Shown piece by piece: positions 19,612-29,046 of a DNA stretch of 64,000 bases. Numbering within the stretch: position 1 is the first letter of the stretch; every line of letters begins with the position of its first letter. The stretch covers positions 1,280,001-1,344,000 of the forward strand of contig OY970067.1 in NCBI GenBank assembly GCA_963705305.1, read 5' to 3'. The notes beneath the pieces are model-generated. The model saw only the letters and a program-made list of their open reading frames with translations. It was not told the DNA's origin and did not search any database. This stretch comes from an uncultured Methylomirabilota bacterium. Its GTDB lineage: Bacteria > Methylomirabilota > Methylomirabilia > Methylomirabilales > 2-02-FULL-66-22. Made by a program: the position numbers and the translations under genes.

Positions 19612-20370
19612 ATGGAAGAGCCAATCGATTCCAGTATCTCGAATCCAATGGCGCCTTCCCCGGCCCCGGCGGACCAGCCGGGTGCGGCCCCTGTCGCGAT
19701 GGCCGACACGGAGGGCGTGTGGACAACTCCACGAATCGAGCTGAAGGCCTGGCTGTATCGGCATGCGCCCGGCTTATCTGCACTGTATGCCGGGGCAGTT
19801 CACCTGATCTTTGGTCTTCCCGTCCCCGGGCGTGTTCGCTTTATCGCTCATGCGATACGGGAGGTCTGTAACCGTCTGCCCGACGCCGTGTGCGGTGTGG
19901 AAACTGAACGTCTCGACTACGCCACGAGAATGGACGGGATTGCGGGAGCATGGGAGAGAAGCGGTCTTAGGCTCGACGCATCAGAGTACGCGGGTGAAGC
20001 ACCGGGGCCAGAAGGGCCGGGAAGAGTGCCCGTTGATGCCGCCCTGTTCGCAAAACTGTTAGCGCTCGTTGGGGATCATGCCAGAGGACGTAAGAGACCC
20101 GAGGAGAACGCAGCGCGTTTATTTGAGGCGGTTTCACCGGGGAATCGCGCCTTGCGCGAGATGTTGGCGCCCGTGATACGGCAGTGGGTTGGGGTAGGCC
20201 GTTGGTCGGTAGGCAAAGCACACGACTGGAAGCTGCTGGACGAAGAGTACCCGGAACAGGACCTCCGACGAAAGTTCGAACTGTTCGAAACAACACTCAT
20301 GGCGCTGGCACTGGGCTTCTTTGAAGCCGTGGATGAGTTGGATGAAATCCTGGAAGAGACCAACTCCTGA
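19612..20370 (+). CDS. Hypothetical protein, possible HEPN-like nuclease (AHxxRE motif)
   Basis: LYAGAVHL...RFIAHAIREVCNRL...GKAH; start uncertain. Confidence 0.5.
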   Translation: MEEPIDSSISNPMAPSPAPADQPGAAPVAMADTEGVWTTPRIELKAWLYRHAPGLSALYAGAVHLIFGLPVPGRVRFIAHAIREVCNRLPDAVCGVETERLDYATRMDGIAGAWERSGLRLDASEYAGEAPGPEGPGRVPVDAALFAKLLALVGDHARGRKRPEENAARLFEAVSPGNRALREMLAPVIRQWVGVGRWSVGKAHDWKLLDEEYPEQDLRRKFELFETTLMALALGFFEAVDELDEILEETNS

Positions 20371-23233
20371 TGAGGTGTCCCGGGCCGTGTCCCTCCTCGG
20401 TCACCCGGGGCAATACGGGTATTTCTTCGATCGACTTCAGAACCCGCTCTGGCTGGGACCACTGCTTCAAAAGGGCTTCTTCCGGCAGCCACTGACACCC
20501 ATATCCGACGCCAAGACTGGGTCCATTCGATTCCCGCCCTGGCCCGAATCCCGGTACTTGGCGCGGATGGCCACCCTCCAGGAAGCGCAGGAAGAAGTGC
20601 TGCAAGTCGTACTGAACATTCCTGACACGGAGAATACCGCCGTCCATGAAGATCTTGCGGATGTAGCTCTGGCGCTACCAGTGCAATTGTCAGTTCGGCT
20701 AGTCCCAAAGGCGAAGAAATGGGCTGAAGCACGCTACCAGTTGCGCCTGCCGGAGAAACTGGGTGCTGTGGTGGGGCGCCTCGCCCAGGGCGGGGCCGTC
20801 GACGGGGCCCTTGATCTCGCTCGGACGCTCCTAGCGGTCTTGCCTGATCCTCGCACTCTGCCTGCCGCCGAGCTTCCCGAAGCAATGCGGCTAATGCCTG
20901 AACCGACGGCCCGCTTCGACGTTTGGGATTATGAACAGATCCTCAAGAAGCACTTGGATCAACTGGCCGAAGCGGCAGGCGTGAGGGGGCTCTCGCTCTT
21001 CGCCGATCTCCTGGAGTCGGCCATCACGCTATCTCATCGGCGTGCTGATGGTGCGCCGCCGGAGGACTACTCCTGGATCTGGCGGCCGGCGATCGAGGAG
21101 CACGAGCAAAACCGTCGGGAATCGATCAGGACTCTCCTCGTCAGTGCCGTCCGCGACGCCGCGGAGGGATTGGCGAGTCGCGCGCCAGCCTCCGTGTCGG
21201 AACTCGTCCGATTACTTGAAGCGCGTGATTGGCCGGTCTTTCGCCGCTTAGCGTTGCATCTCCTGCGGCGCTACCCGGACTCCGCGATAACGCTCGTCGA
21301 GGAACGGTTCACGAACCGGAATCTTTTTGATGATCAAAGATTCCGTCACGAGTACGTCCTAATGGCCGCGGACGTGTTCGCCCGCGTGTCCGAATCTGCC
21401 CGGCAGACGTTTCTGGACTGGATTGACCAGGGGCCGGACCTGGTCGCCTTCCGAGCGAGGTATCGCGAGGAAGGGGGTGCGGATCTCGGCGACGGGGATG
21501 CTGTTCGCTACGGCAAGATCTGGCGTCGAGACCGCCTTGCGCCCTTGAGCGGTGCCCTTCCCCCGGAATGGAAACAGCGTTATCTGGAATTGGTCGCTGA
21601 TGTCGGCGAGCCACAACATCCGGAGTTCGCGGCCTACATGGAAAGCGGGTGGGTTGGTCCGACGAGTCCGAGGTCAGCTGACGACCTTCGAGCGATGTCG
21701 GTGGCGGACATCGCTGCCCTGCTGAACATGTGGACGCCATCGGGCGACTGGTTTGGTCCCTCCAAGGAAGGTCTCGGGCGTGAACTTGCCTCAGTGGTGC
21801 AGGCCGATCCTGAGCGATTCGCCAGGGAGGCTCGACTCTTTGCCGGCGTCAATCCCACGTACGTCCGTGCTGTCGTGCAGGGGTTGGCAGACGCAGCCAA
21901 GGAGGGCCGCGCGTTTGCCTGGCCGCCCGTAATTGATCTATGCCAATGGGTCGTTCGGCAACCCAGAGAAGCTGTGGCGGGCCGCCGCACCGAGGATGAG
22001 GATCCGGACTGGGAGTGGACGTGCAAGGCCATTGGAAGCTTGCTGTCCGCTGCATGCGAGCAGGGTGAGGCGGAACTGCCATTTGATCTTCGTGAACGTG
22101 CATGGGCAGTTCTTCGGACGCTCACCGACGATCCTGACCCGACGCCGGAGTACGAAGCCCGATACGGCGGGACAAATATGGAACCCGCCACGCTGTCGAT
22201 CAACACTACTCGCGGCGAAGCTATGCATGCGGTCGTTCACTATGCCCTCTGGGTTCGTCGGCACATTGAGCAACTTACGGATGGACCGGCGCTTATCGCA
22301 TCGGGGTTCGAGGCAATGCCAGAAGTTCGTGGAGTTCTAGAGGCGCATCTCGATCCAGCGAACGACCCGAGCCTGGCCATCCGGGCTGTCTACGGGCAGT
22401 GGTTCCCCTGGCTCGTGCTCCTCGATCGTGCGTGGGCAGCAGCTCAGATACTTCGTATCTTTCCGGCGGATAGGACAGACCTTCGGGGCGCTGCCTGGGA
22501 GACATACATCGTCTTTTGCAGACCGTACGACAACGTGTTCGAGGTTCTGGAGCCGGAGTATTCGAGGGCGGTGGAGCGGCTCGGCGATACCGCCCGGAGC
22601 GTCGGTCATCACCTCGGCGATCCCGAGGCGCACCTTGCTGAGCATTTGATGGTCTTCTATGGCCGCGGAAAGCTAACTTTGGATGCGCCTCCCAACTTAC
22701 TCGCCGGGTTCTTTGAAAAGGCGCCTGGCCTGATTCGGGGGCGAGCGATCGAATTCATCGGCCGCAGCCTCCGGGACGAGAAGGGGCAAATTCCCGCTGT
22801 CGTCCTGCAACGGTTTTCGGCACTGTGGGAGCGGAGGATTGAGCGGGCTCGTGCTGGGCCGGGCGATTCTGTTGATGAACTTGCCAACTTTGGTTGGTGG
22901 TTCGTGTCCAAGAAATTCGATGAAGCATGGGCCATTCACCAGCTTGGAGAAGCGTTACGACTAGCGAAGAAGGCTGAGCCTGATCACATGATCGCCGAGA
23001 CGCTGGCCGAGGTGGCTGTTCGCAGACCTCGCGAAGCTGTGGAGTGTCTTGCGGCTCTAGTTGAGGCCGATCGTGAGGGCTGGGGTATTCTTGGGTGGGA
23101 CAAACAAGCGCGCGCGATTCTGGCGGTTGCGATGGGAAGCGGCGACCGAGCGGCGCAAGAGGTGGGGACCACCCTGATTCACCGTCTAGGCGTTCTTGGA
23201 AGACTCGAATTTCGTGATCTGTTAAGGGTTTGA
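20342..23233 (+). CDS. Large alpha-helical hypothetical protein, putative defence-associated
   Basis: ~960-aa open frame, Trp-rich helical repeats; YFFDRLQNPLWL..L..KGFF, WPESRYL, WIWRPAIE, SINTTRGEA; overlaps the upstream gene. Confidence 0.8.
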   Translation: MKSWKRPTPDEVSRAVSLLGHPGQYGYFFDRLQNPLWLGPLLQKGFFRQPLTPISDAKTGSIRFPPWPESRYLARMATLQEAQEEVLQVVLNIPDTENTAVHEDLADVALALPVQLSVRLVPKAKKWAEARYQLRLPEKLGAVVGRLAQGGAVDGALDLARTLLAVLPDPRTLPAAELPEAMRLMPEPTARFDVWDYEQILKKHLDQLAEAAGVRGLSLFADLLESAITLSHRRADGAPPEDYSWIWRPAIEEHEQNRRESIRTLLVSAVRDAAEGLASRAPASVSELVRLLEARDWPVFRRLALHLLRRYPDSAITLVEERFTNRNLFDDQRFRHEYVLMAADVFARVSESARQTFLDWIDQGPDLVAFRARYREEGGADLGDGDAVRYGKIWRRDRLAPLSGALPPEWKQRYLELVADVGEPQHPEFAAYMESGWVGPTSPRSADDLRAMSVADIAALLNMWTPSGDWFGPSKEGLGRELASVVQADPERFAREARLFAGVNPTYVRAVVQGLADAAKEGRAFAWPPVIDLCQWVVRQPREAVAGRRTEDEDPDWEWTCKAIGSLLSAACEQGEAELPFDLRERAWAVLRTLTDDPDPTPEYEARYGGTNMEPATLSINTTRGEAMHAVVHYALWVRRHIEQLTDGPALIASGFEAMPEVRGVLEAHLDPANDPSLAIRAVYGQWFPWLVLLDRAWAAAQILRIFPADRTDLRGAAWETYIVFCRPYDNVFEVLEPEYSRAVERLGDTARSVGHHLGDPEAHLAEHLMVFYGRGKLTLDAPPNLLAGFFEKAPGLIRGRAIEFIGRSLRDEKGQIPAVVLQRFSALWERRIERARAGPGDSVDELANFGWWFVSKKFDEAWAIHQLGEALRLAKKAEPDHMIAETLAEVAVRRPREAVECLAALVEADREGWGILGWDKQARAILAVAMGSGDRAAQEVGTTLIHRLGVLGRLEFRDLLRV

Positions 23234-23443
23234 GCTAAAGCCGGAGCTTCCCCGACATCGCTCATTCTGCCGTAGCATCGCTGGCCTACTGAGGATGAGG
23301 GCCTCCCACGGCCCCAACAGATTTACGAGCAGTTGTCCCATCTCCTCGTACCACGCGTCGTCCGGTTCTCCTTCGATGTGGAGAATCAGCGGTGGGTCCG
23401 TCGCCGTTTGTCGCTCGGGTCGGGTGCCGCCTTCCTTCTTCAT
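23222..23443 (-). CDS. Small hypothetical protein
   Basis: MKKEGGTR...LILHIEGEPDDAWYEEMGQLL; coupled (ATGA) to the upstream HTH ORF. Confidence 0.4.
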   Translation of the reverse strand: MKKEGGTRPERQTATDPPLILHIEGEPDDAWYEEMGQLLVNLLGPWEALILSRPAMLRQNERCRGSSGFSSNP

Positions 23444-23799
23444 GTCCGATCCTTCCACAACTCGATCTGGCGATCGAGGTCTGTCCGGTCAAAGAGCAGC
23501 TTCCGCAGCTCGCGGCGATTGGGAAGCGGAATCCGCACGCGGTGTAAAACGCCCGCCCACTCCAGGCTATGGATCGTCCAGGGCGAAACGCTGAGATAGC
23601 GTGCGGCTTGAGCGAGGTCCAGGAGCCGCGGGTCGAGCGGGAGTGGGGTGGGCTTCGGCACATCCTCTGGTTTGGGGTGCTTCCGGGGGCGCCCGGGTCC
23701 TCTCCGGGCGTGCAGCAAGGGTTTGTCGGGAGGATCGGCCTTCCTTCGTCCTCCATTCCAAGGGATCGCGGCAGTCGCTCGCGGTGCCGGTCGATCCAT
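23440..23799 (-). CDS. Excisionase-like (HTH_17) DNA-binding protein
   Basis: PRLLDLAQAARYLSVSPWTI...LLFDRTDLDRQIE; start uncertain. Confidence 0.6.
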   Translation of the reverse strand: MDRPAPRATAAIPWNGGRRKADPPDKPLLHARRGPGRPRKHPKPEDVPKPTPLPLDPRLLDLAQAARYLSVSPWTIHSLEWAGVLHRVRIPLPNRRELRKLLFDRTDLDRQIELWKDRT

Positions 23800-24233
23800 C
23801 GGTCAAGTGCCTCTTTGTCAAAGCGCACGGACCGGCCCAGCTTGATCGCGGGCAGCCGATTCTTGATCCGCTAGCCTCGCCCCGCCAAAGATGTGCGCGA
23901 GAGCCCGAGATAATCCGCGGCCTCTTGGATCGTGAGGAGTCGTCCTCGCGGTGCCACCACTTTCTCTCCGTGGTCATTTCTCGCGATGCCAGTGCGTTCC
24001 GGCCGCCCTGGCCGGCTCACCGGCACCGCGACATCCGGCCGCAGATTGTCAGCAGCCTCTGCTCGGCGCTCCCGTAGGACTTCTTCTACTATTACATCGG
24101 CGATCAGCCTCACCCATATCTCAGCCGCCGGAGAAAGGCGCTCTTTGATCGACTCAGCCAGACCAATACCATCCTTCTGTGTTGCGTCCGCGGTCTGGGT
24201 CGAGTCGTCGGTCTCCTTCTCTGGTTCTCCCAT
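23780..24233 (-). pseudogene. Excisionase-like HTH gene interrupted by a stop
   Basis: RLLTIQEAADYLGLSRTSL..RG* followed in frame by RIKNRLPAIKLGRSVRFDKEALDRWI. Confidence 0.6.
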
Positions 24234-24376
24234 GATCACATGAGCCTCCTCTACGGAGCGCTGGCTACGGCGACCGTCCGGCCTGAGTCCGCGCTTCCTT
24301 ATTCGGTGGCAGTTCGTTTTGACACAACGTCGCCGTCTGGACCAATCCTCGGGGGGCAGGTCAGTTTGGCCGGCAT

Positions 24377-24952
24377 TCAGAGTTGTTTTAAGAACCCTAG
24401 ATACCCCTTGCGGGCCAGGACGGCCTCTATTTCAGCTCTTGTCAAGCCCCTCTTCCAGAAACTCTTCCAGAGAAGGCGCTTGGCCAAGGACCGGATCGTT
24501 CGCCAAGGAACATCGAGCTTGAGGACCTCGTATAGGTTTGCGATTAAGTTTCTGATGTCTATCTGAAATCGGCGACAAACGGATACAGCATGCCACAGGT
24601 CGGGGCCTGAAAGATCAACGAGAGCATTCCCCTCGAAGTTGCGACCATGTTTATGAATAGCCTCGGCAATGGCACCAGCAACAAGAATGCTGGACAGGCG
24701 GTAGGCTACTGGTTGTGCATTCGCCTTCAGGTGATTCGGGAGGCCGGCGAACAATAGCTGCCAGGAATCCCTACTAATGATTGCCCCAGCGAGAAGGTTG
24801 TCCTCTCCGTAGTCCATTATGGTAAGGCCGTTTCCCTTACGATCTATTGACGATCGAGTGCATGAGTATTCCGCAAAGTAAGCTGCAACAATGTGACCGG
24901 CTTCATGAAGAGTGGCATTTCTGATACTGTCGAAAAATCTACAGATGGACAT
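24377..24952 (-). CDS. Zinc metallopeptidase-like protein (M41/M50-like HEAGH)
   Basis: ATLHEAGHIVAAY...LVAGAIAE...D; visibly more AT-rich than its flanks. Confidence 0.65.
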   Translation of the reverse strand: MSICRFFDSIRNATLHEAGHIVAAYFAEYSCTRSSIDRKGNGLTIMDYGEDNLLAGAIISRDSWQLLFAGLPNHLKANAQPVAYRLSSILVAGAIAEAIHKHGRNFEGNALVDLSGPDLWHAVSVCRRFQIDIRNLIANLYEVLKLDVPWRTIRSLAKRLLWKSFWKRGLTRAEIEAVLARKGYLGFLKQL

Positions 24953-25245
24953 ATGAAGGCACCTTATTGTGTCGTCCGTTGCTTGAAGTCGTTCAAAGCT
25001 AGGGGATAGCCATGGTGCATGTCAAGGAGCGTCTGGCGCACTGCAAGAGGCGGGGCGCAGCCGGCTAGCCTCGCCTACCCCCGCCCCGGTTGCCCGACTA
25101 ATCTCGGCGCCTGTTGACCGGCTTCAGGAACCTCCTTCTCGACGCGCCCTCGATTATCGAGGTGAAATGGGCGGGGCTGGGGTCGAGGACACCATGAGGA
25201 GATCGCCGCTCTCCCACGATGATCCTCGCGACGGTGGGGGAGCTA

Positions 25246-26380
25246 GTGATCTGTAACAGAAATAGCTTTACAATCAGGTGCTGTATGTGTACAAGGGCTC
25301 ATGTTTACTCCAGCGCGGGCGCTCACGATCGACGAGAATCAGCGGAAGCGACTCCGGTTCCTGGCGAACTCGGGCAAGACACCGCAGAAGGTGGCCCTGC
25401 GGGCCCGGATCGTCCTGCTGGCCAGCGAGGGCGTCCCCAACAACGCCAGCGCGGCGCGGCTGGGCACCAGTCGCCCGACGGTGCTGCTGTGGCGGAGCCG
25501 GTTTCAGGCCCGCGGGGCGCCCGGGCTGCTGAAGGAGGCGCCGCGGCCAGGCCGCAAGAAGGCTCTCTCGCCTGCGGTCGTGAAGCGGGTGGTCGAGGCG
25601 ACCTTGCACAGTACCCCGCGGGGGGCGACGCACTGGAGCACCCGCACCCTGGCCAAGGCCCAGGGCCTCTCCCACATGACGGTCCAGCGGATCTGGAAGC
25701 AGCATGGGCTGCAGCCGCACCGGGTGGAGACTTTCAAGCTCTCCCGCGATCCCCACTTTGTCGAGAAGCTGCGCGACGTGGTGGGGCTGTACCTCGATCC
25801 GCCGGACCGGGCCCTGGTCCTGTCGGTGGACGAGAAGAGCCAAATCCAGGCCCTCGACCGGACCCAACCGGGGCTGCCGATGAAGCGGGGCCGCTGCGGC
25901 ACGATGACCCACGACTACAAGCGCCACGGGACCACCACCCTCTACGCGGCCCTCTGCCTGCTCGATGGCAAGGTCATCGGCCAGTGTCTGCCCCGGCACC
26001 GCAGCCAGGAGTTCCTCCGCTTCCTCCGTACCCTCGATCAGCAGACGCCGGCGGCCCTGGACCTGCATCTCATCGTGGACAACTACGGCACCCACAAGAG
26101 CCCCCCGGTCCAGCGCTGGCTCCACCGCCACCCGCGCTTCCATCTCCACTTCACGCCCACGGGCAGCTCCTGGCTCAACCTGGTCGAGCGCTGGTTCCGC
26201 GAGATCACCCAGAAGCGCATCCGTCGCGGCAGCTTCGCCAGCGTCAAGGAGCTCCTGGCCGCGATCCAGGAGTACCTCGATGAGTACAACCGCGCTCCCA
26301 AACGCTTCGTCTGGACCAAGAGCGCTGACATGATCATGACGAAGGTCGATCGTTGTAAAGCAGCGTTAGTTACACAACAC
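25246..26380 (+). mobile_element. IS630-family insertion sequence
   Basis: IRs gtgatctgtaac / gttacacaacac, each flanked by TA within CTAG. Confidence 0.88.
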
Positions 26381-26383
26381 TAG
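25301..26383 (+). CDS. IS630-family transposase
   Basis: VDEKSQIQAL, HDYKRHGTTTL, LIVDNYGTHK, FTPTGSSWLNLVERWF. Confidence 0.95.
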   Translation: MFTPARALTIDENQRKRLRFLANSGKTPQKVALRARIVLLASEGVPNNASAARLGTSRPTVLLWRSRFQARGAPGLLKEAPRPGRKKALSPAVVKRVVEATLHSTPRGATHWSTRTLAKAQGLSHMTVQRIWKQHGLQPHRVETFKLSRDPHFVEKLRDVVGLYLDPPDRALVLSVDEKSQIQALDRTQPGLPMKRGRCGTMTHDYKRHGTTTLYAALCLLDGKVIGQCLPRHRSQEFLRFLRTLDQQTPAALDLHLIVDNYGTHKSPPVQRWLHRHPRFHLHFTPTGSSWLNLVERWFREITQKRIRRGSFASVKELLAAIQEYLDEYNRAPKRFVWTKSADMIMTKVDRCKAALVTQH

Positions 26384-27603
26384 CTTCCCTCCCTTATCCT
26401 CTGCGCGCACCCGCGGCAGAGGTGTTCGGGAAGGCCAGCATGAACTGGGCATTGGTCCGGCGAACACGGGGACTCGTACCCGCAGAGGTACGCAAGGACC
26501 GTGCATCTATTCCCTCGCCAATTCCGACCCTGCAGGGGAGGGCACAGGTCCCGGATTCGGGAACCGCGGCGGAATACGCAGGTGTCGAAGGCCCGGGCAT
26601 TACACATCTCGGCCGCATACTCGAAGGACACGTCGAACTGTTCAAGGTAGGCCCCCTCCGGCAACCGCCGGTCGGCCTTCAGGGTATCGTGCCATTCGCG
26701 AAGCGTTCCGGGCAGCACAGGCCGGCCGAAGGCGTGCGTGAAGAAGAAACTGTTCCACACGTCTCCGGGGACTTCGAGCGCACTGAGCAGGGTGAGCCCG
26801 CCTCCCCGGAAATACTCGATGATGTCCTGACACCCTGTGGTCTGGAGGGCTGCCAGGAAGGGCGGCATGAGCGCACTGCCCGGCTTCACGTAGTCCCGGA
26901 ACGCCGCCCACACCCGCTTGAAGTACCGGTCGTCCGATGTCATCCAACGGCGGTACTCCCGCTCCAGCACGTGCGGAGAGCCGAAGAGGTCGGCTAATTC
27001 GCGATCCCTGGCATCGATGGCACTCGAGAAGGCAGTTGACCGGGAGGTGGGAAGCTTGTTGGAAGCGCTCCAGTACGTCAGGAGATAGAGCAGGTAGGCA
27101 ACTCGGTGTACCATATCGTCCCCACCGTGCTGGGCTGCGGCTCTCCAGAAGGCGGAATGGTCGGCAAGGTAGCGCATCACGTTCCGACCGTGGTGCGCGA
27201 GAGTGGCGAGCGTTGCGGCGATCGAGAAGAGGTGCATGGGGTAACGCGGCGCGACGCTGATCGGGTCCTGCCCATCCCGCTGGGTGAGGGAGGTGAGCAC
27301 GTCCACCTTCCGGTCCTTCTCGGCCGGGCGGGAGAAGGCGTGGAGGACCGCCAGTGGAGGCCGTCGCGCCTGCGCGTAGTCATGCACCAGTTCAGCGAGA
27401 ATGGGGCCACCTTTCTCCCACACCTGCTGATACGAGCGCTGGGCATCAAGGATGTAGCAGAGCCAATGGGTCAAGACCTGCTCGGCGGGGGGAAGGCGCT
27501 CAAAGACAGGGCCGGGGATCTGACTCTCCGTCCGGTACCAGCGAGCATGGTCTAGCCACGTGACGACCGGCCACATGTTCACCAAGACAGACGGGACTCT
27601 CAT
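26380..27603 (-). CDS. Hypothetical protein with Cys-rich C-terminus (possible HhH-GPD-like)
   Basis: 407-aa ORF with RBS ggagg; LTHWLCYILD, KRVWAAFRDY, LEVPGDVWN, multiple C-terminal Cys. Confidence 0.7.
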   Translation of the reverse strand: MRVPSVLVNMWPVVTWLDHARWYRTESQIPGPVFERLPPAEQVLTHWLCYILDAQRSYQQVWEKGGPILAELVHDYAQARRPPLAVLHAFSRPAEKDRKVDVLTSLTQRDGQDPISVAPRYPMHLFSIAATLATLAHHGRNVMRYLADHSAFWRAAAQHGGDDMVHRVAYLLYLLTYWSASNKLPTSRSTAFSSAIDARDRELADLFGSPHVLEREYRRWMTSDDRYFKRVWAAFRDYVKPGSALMPPFLAALQTTGCQDIIEYFRGGGLTLLSALEVPGDVWNSFFFTHAFGRPVLPGTLREWHDTLKADRRLPEGAYLEQFDVSFEYAAEMCNARAFDTCVFRRGSRIRDLCPPLQGRNWRGNRCTVLAYLCGYESPCSPDQCPVHAGLPEHLCRGCAQRIREGS

Positions 27604-27836
27604 CGTGGCCTCCGGTCCTTTCCTATCCTCTCCCGGCGCGGAAAATCTCGGGGACTCTCATACCTCTGAACCCGCTCGATCCTCTCCACCCAATCACGGT
27701 ACCGTTCATCAGGAGCAAATGCAGCCTGTCCGGGCATGTCGTCCTCGCAAGGTCGGCCGGGGAAACGATCAAGGCGTCGCCCGTCCTGCCCTGTCTAAGA
27801 AACTCGTCTCCACTCGCAGAGGCGCCTCCTCGGCAC

Positions 27837-29006
27837 TCAATTCGACACGGGATGAGCTCGCAGCCACTGATCGAGGGTGGTCGGCGGAGGAACCGTCGGC
27901 AGCCGGAGCAGCCGTGCATACCGATCGATGACCGATGCGCTGGGATCGACGATTGTCGTCCGCGCAGGCACGCAGGCAGTCAACAAGAGCGTCCATACCG
28001 CCGCATCCGCTGGCGGCAGGCTATACCCCACGATCACCGTTTCCTCTGCCGCACGTAGTGCGTCAGCCGCTTTCTTCCACAACCTTCGGAACACGGTGTT
28101 GCCGCTCTCCTCGCCGCCGTAGTCCTTTAGGAAGCTTGGATGAAGCAGAGTCTGGTCTTGGTCGGAGGGTCGTTCCGGCATTGAGGCATCGACCAGGGAG
28201 ATGTCGAGCGCCTGCAGGAACAGCGGGTCGAGAGAGATCTCGGTGCCAAGCGGTGCCGGCGAGAGCGCCTCGCGCGGCAGCGGTCCACCGCCTGCCGCCA
28301 CTGTCGCGCCAGGGCGAAGGTGAGGCTTGCGGTACCATCCCGCGGCCCCGTGCAGGTGCAAGACCTTTACCGCGGACTGCGGAAGCGCGACCGGCGTAGC
28401 AGTACACCTAGGATCGCAGAATACGAGTGTGGTCCCGTAGCCGTCTCTTGCCGACCACTTGCCTTGATGTAGAAGAGCCCGCTCAATGGTCGAGTCGTAG
28501 TTGAATGTGACGACGACATCGCCTGCGGCGAGTCTTTGCCCAAGACTCTGTAGCGCCATCCAGTCGGACGCCCCGTAGCGACCTCGGTCCTCTTCATGTC
28601 GATGTTGGAAATAGGCCTCCATTGCCCAGAGTAGAATCCGCCGGGTCCTCCGGTATTCCTCAATGTCAGGCGTCAGGCGATCGTAATTGGCTTCCGCAGC
28701 TGCGACATCGCCGGGGCCTTGCCTGCTTGCTCTCAGGATGTTGAGCAGCGCCTCATCGCCCAGGAAGTGAGCGAAGTCCAAGGCAGTGAAGATTTGTTCC
28801 AGGTTTCCGCTCCGATACGCCTCGCGAAGCAGCGGGTTGCCATTGCGCTGTAGCCATCCCAGTGTTGCCGGCCAGTCCGCATCGTATTGAAAGCGGTCGA
28901 AACACCTTTCGCAGCTCCGGACGTACCCGTCAATGGATTCGAGCAGCTGTCCGCCGAGCGGGTAGATCGGAAACGATGCTCCGGCTCCAAGGACATAGGT
29001 CCGCAT
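27837..29006 (-). CDS. SIR2-like domain protein
   Basis: YVLGAGAS, VVTFNYD, VLHLHGAAGW, IVGYSLPPAD. Confidence 0.85.
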   Translation of the reverse strand: MRTYVLGAGASFPIYPLGGQLLESIDGYVRSCERCFDRFQYDADWPATLGWLQRNGNPLLREAYRSGNLEQIFTALDFAHFLGDEALLNILRASRQGPGDVAAAEANYDRLTPDIEEYRRTRRILLWAMEAYFQHRHEEDRGRYGASDWMALQSLGQRLAAGDVVVTFNYDSTIERALLHQGKWSARDGYGTTLVFCDPRCTATPVALPQSAVKVLHLHGAAGWYRKPHLRPGATVAAGGGPLPREALSPAPLGTEISLDPLFLQALDISLVDASMPERPSDQDQTLLHPSFLKDYGGEESGNTVFRRLWKKAADALRAAEETVIVGYSLPPADAAVWTLLLTACVPARTTIVDPSASVIDRYARLLRLPTVPPPTTLDQWLRAHPVSN

Positions 29007-29046
29007 TTGGGCCTCCGGGGTGATCGGCAAGAGAGCTACAAGCTTC

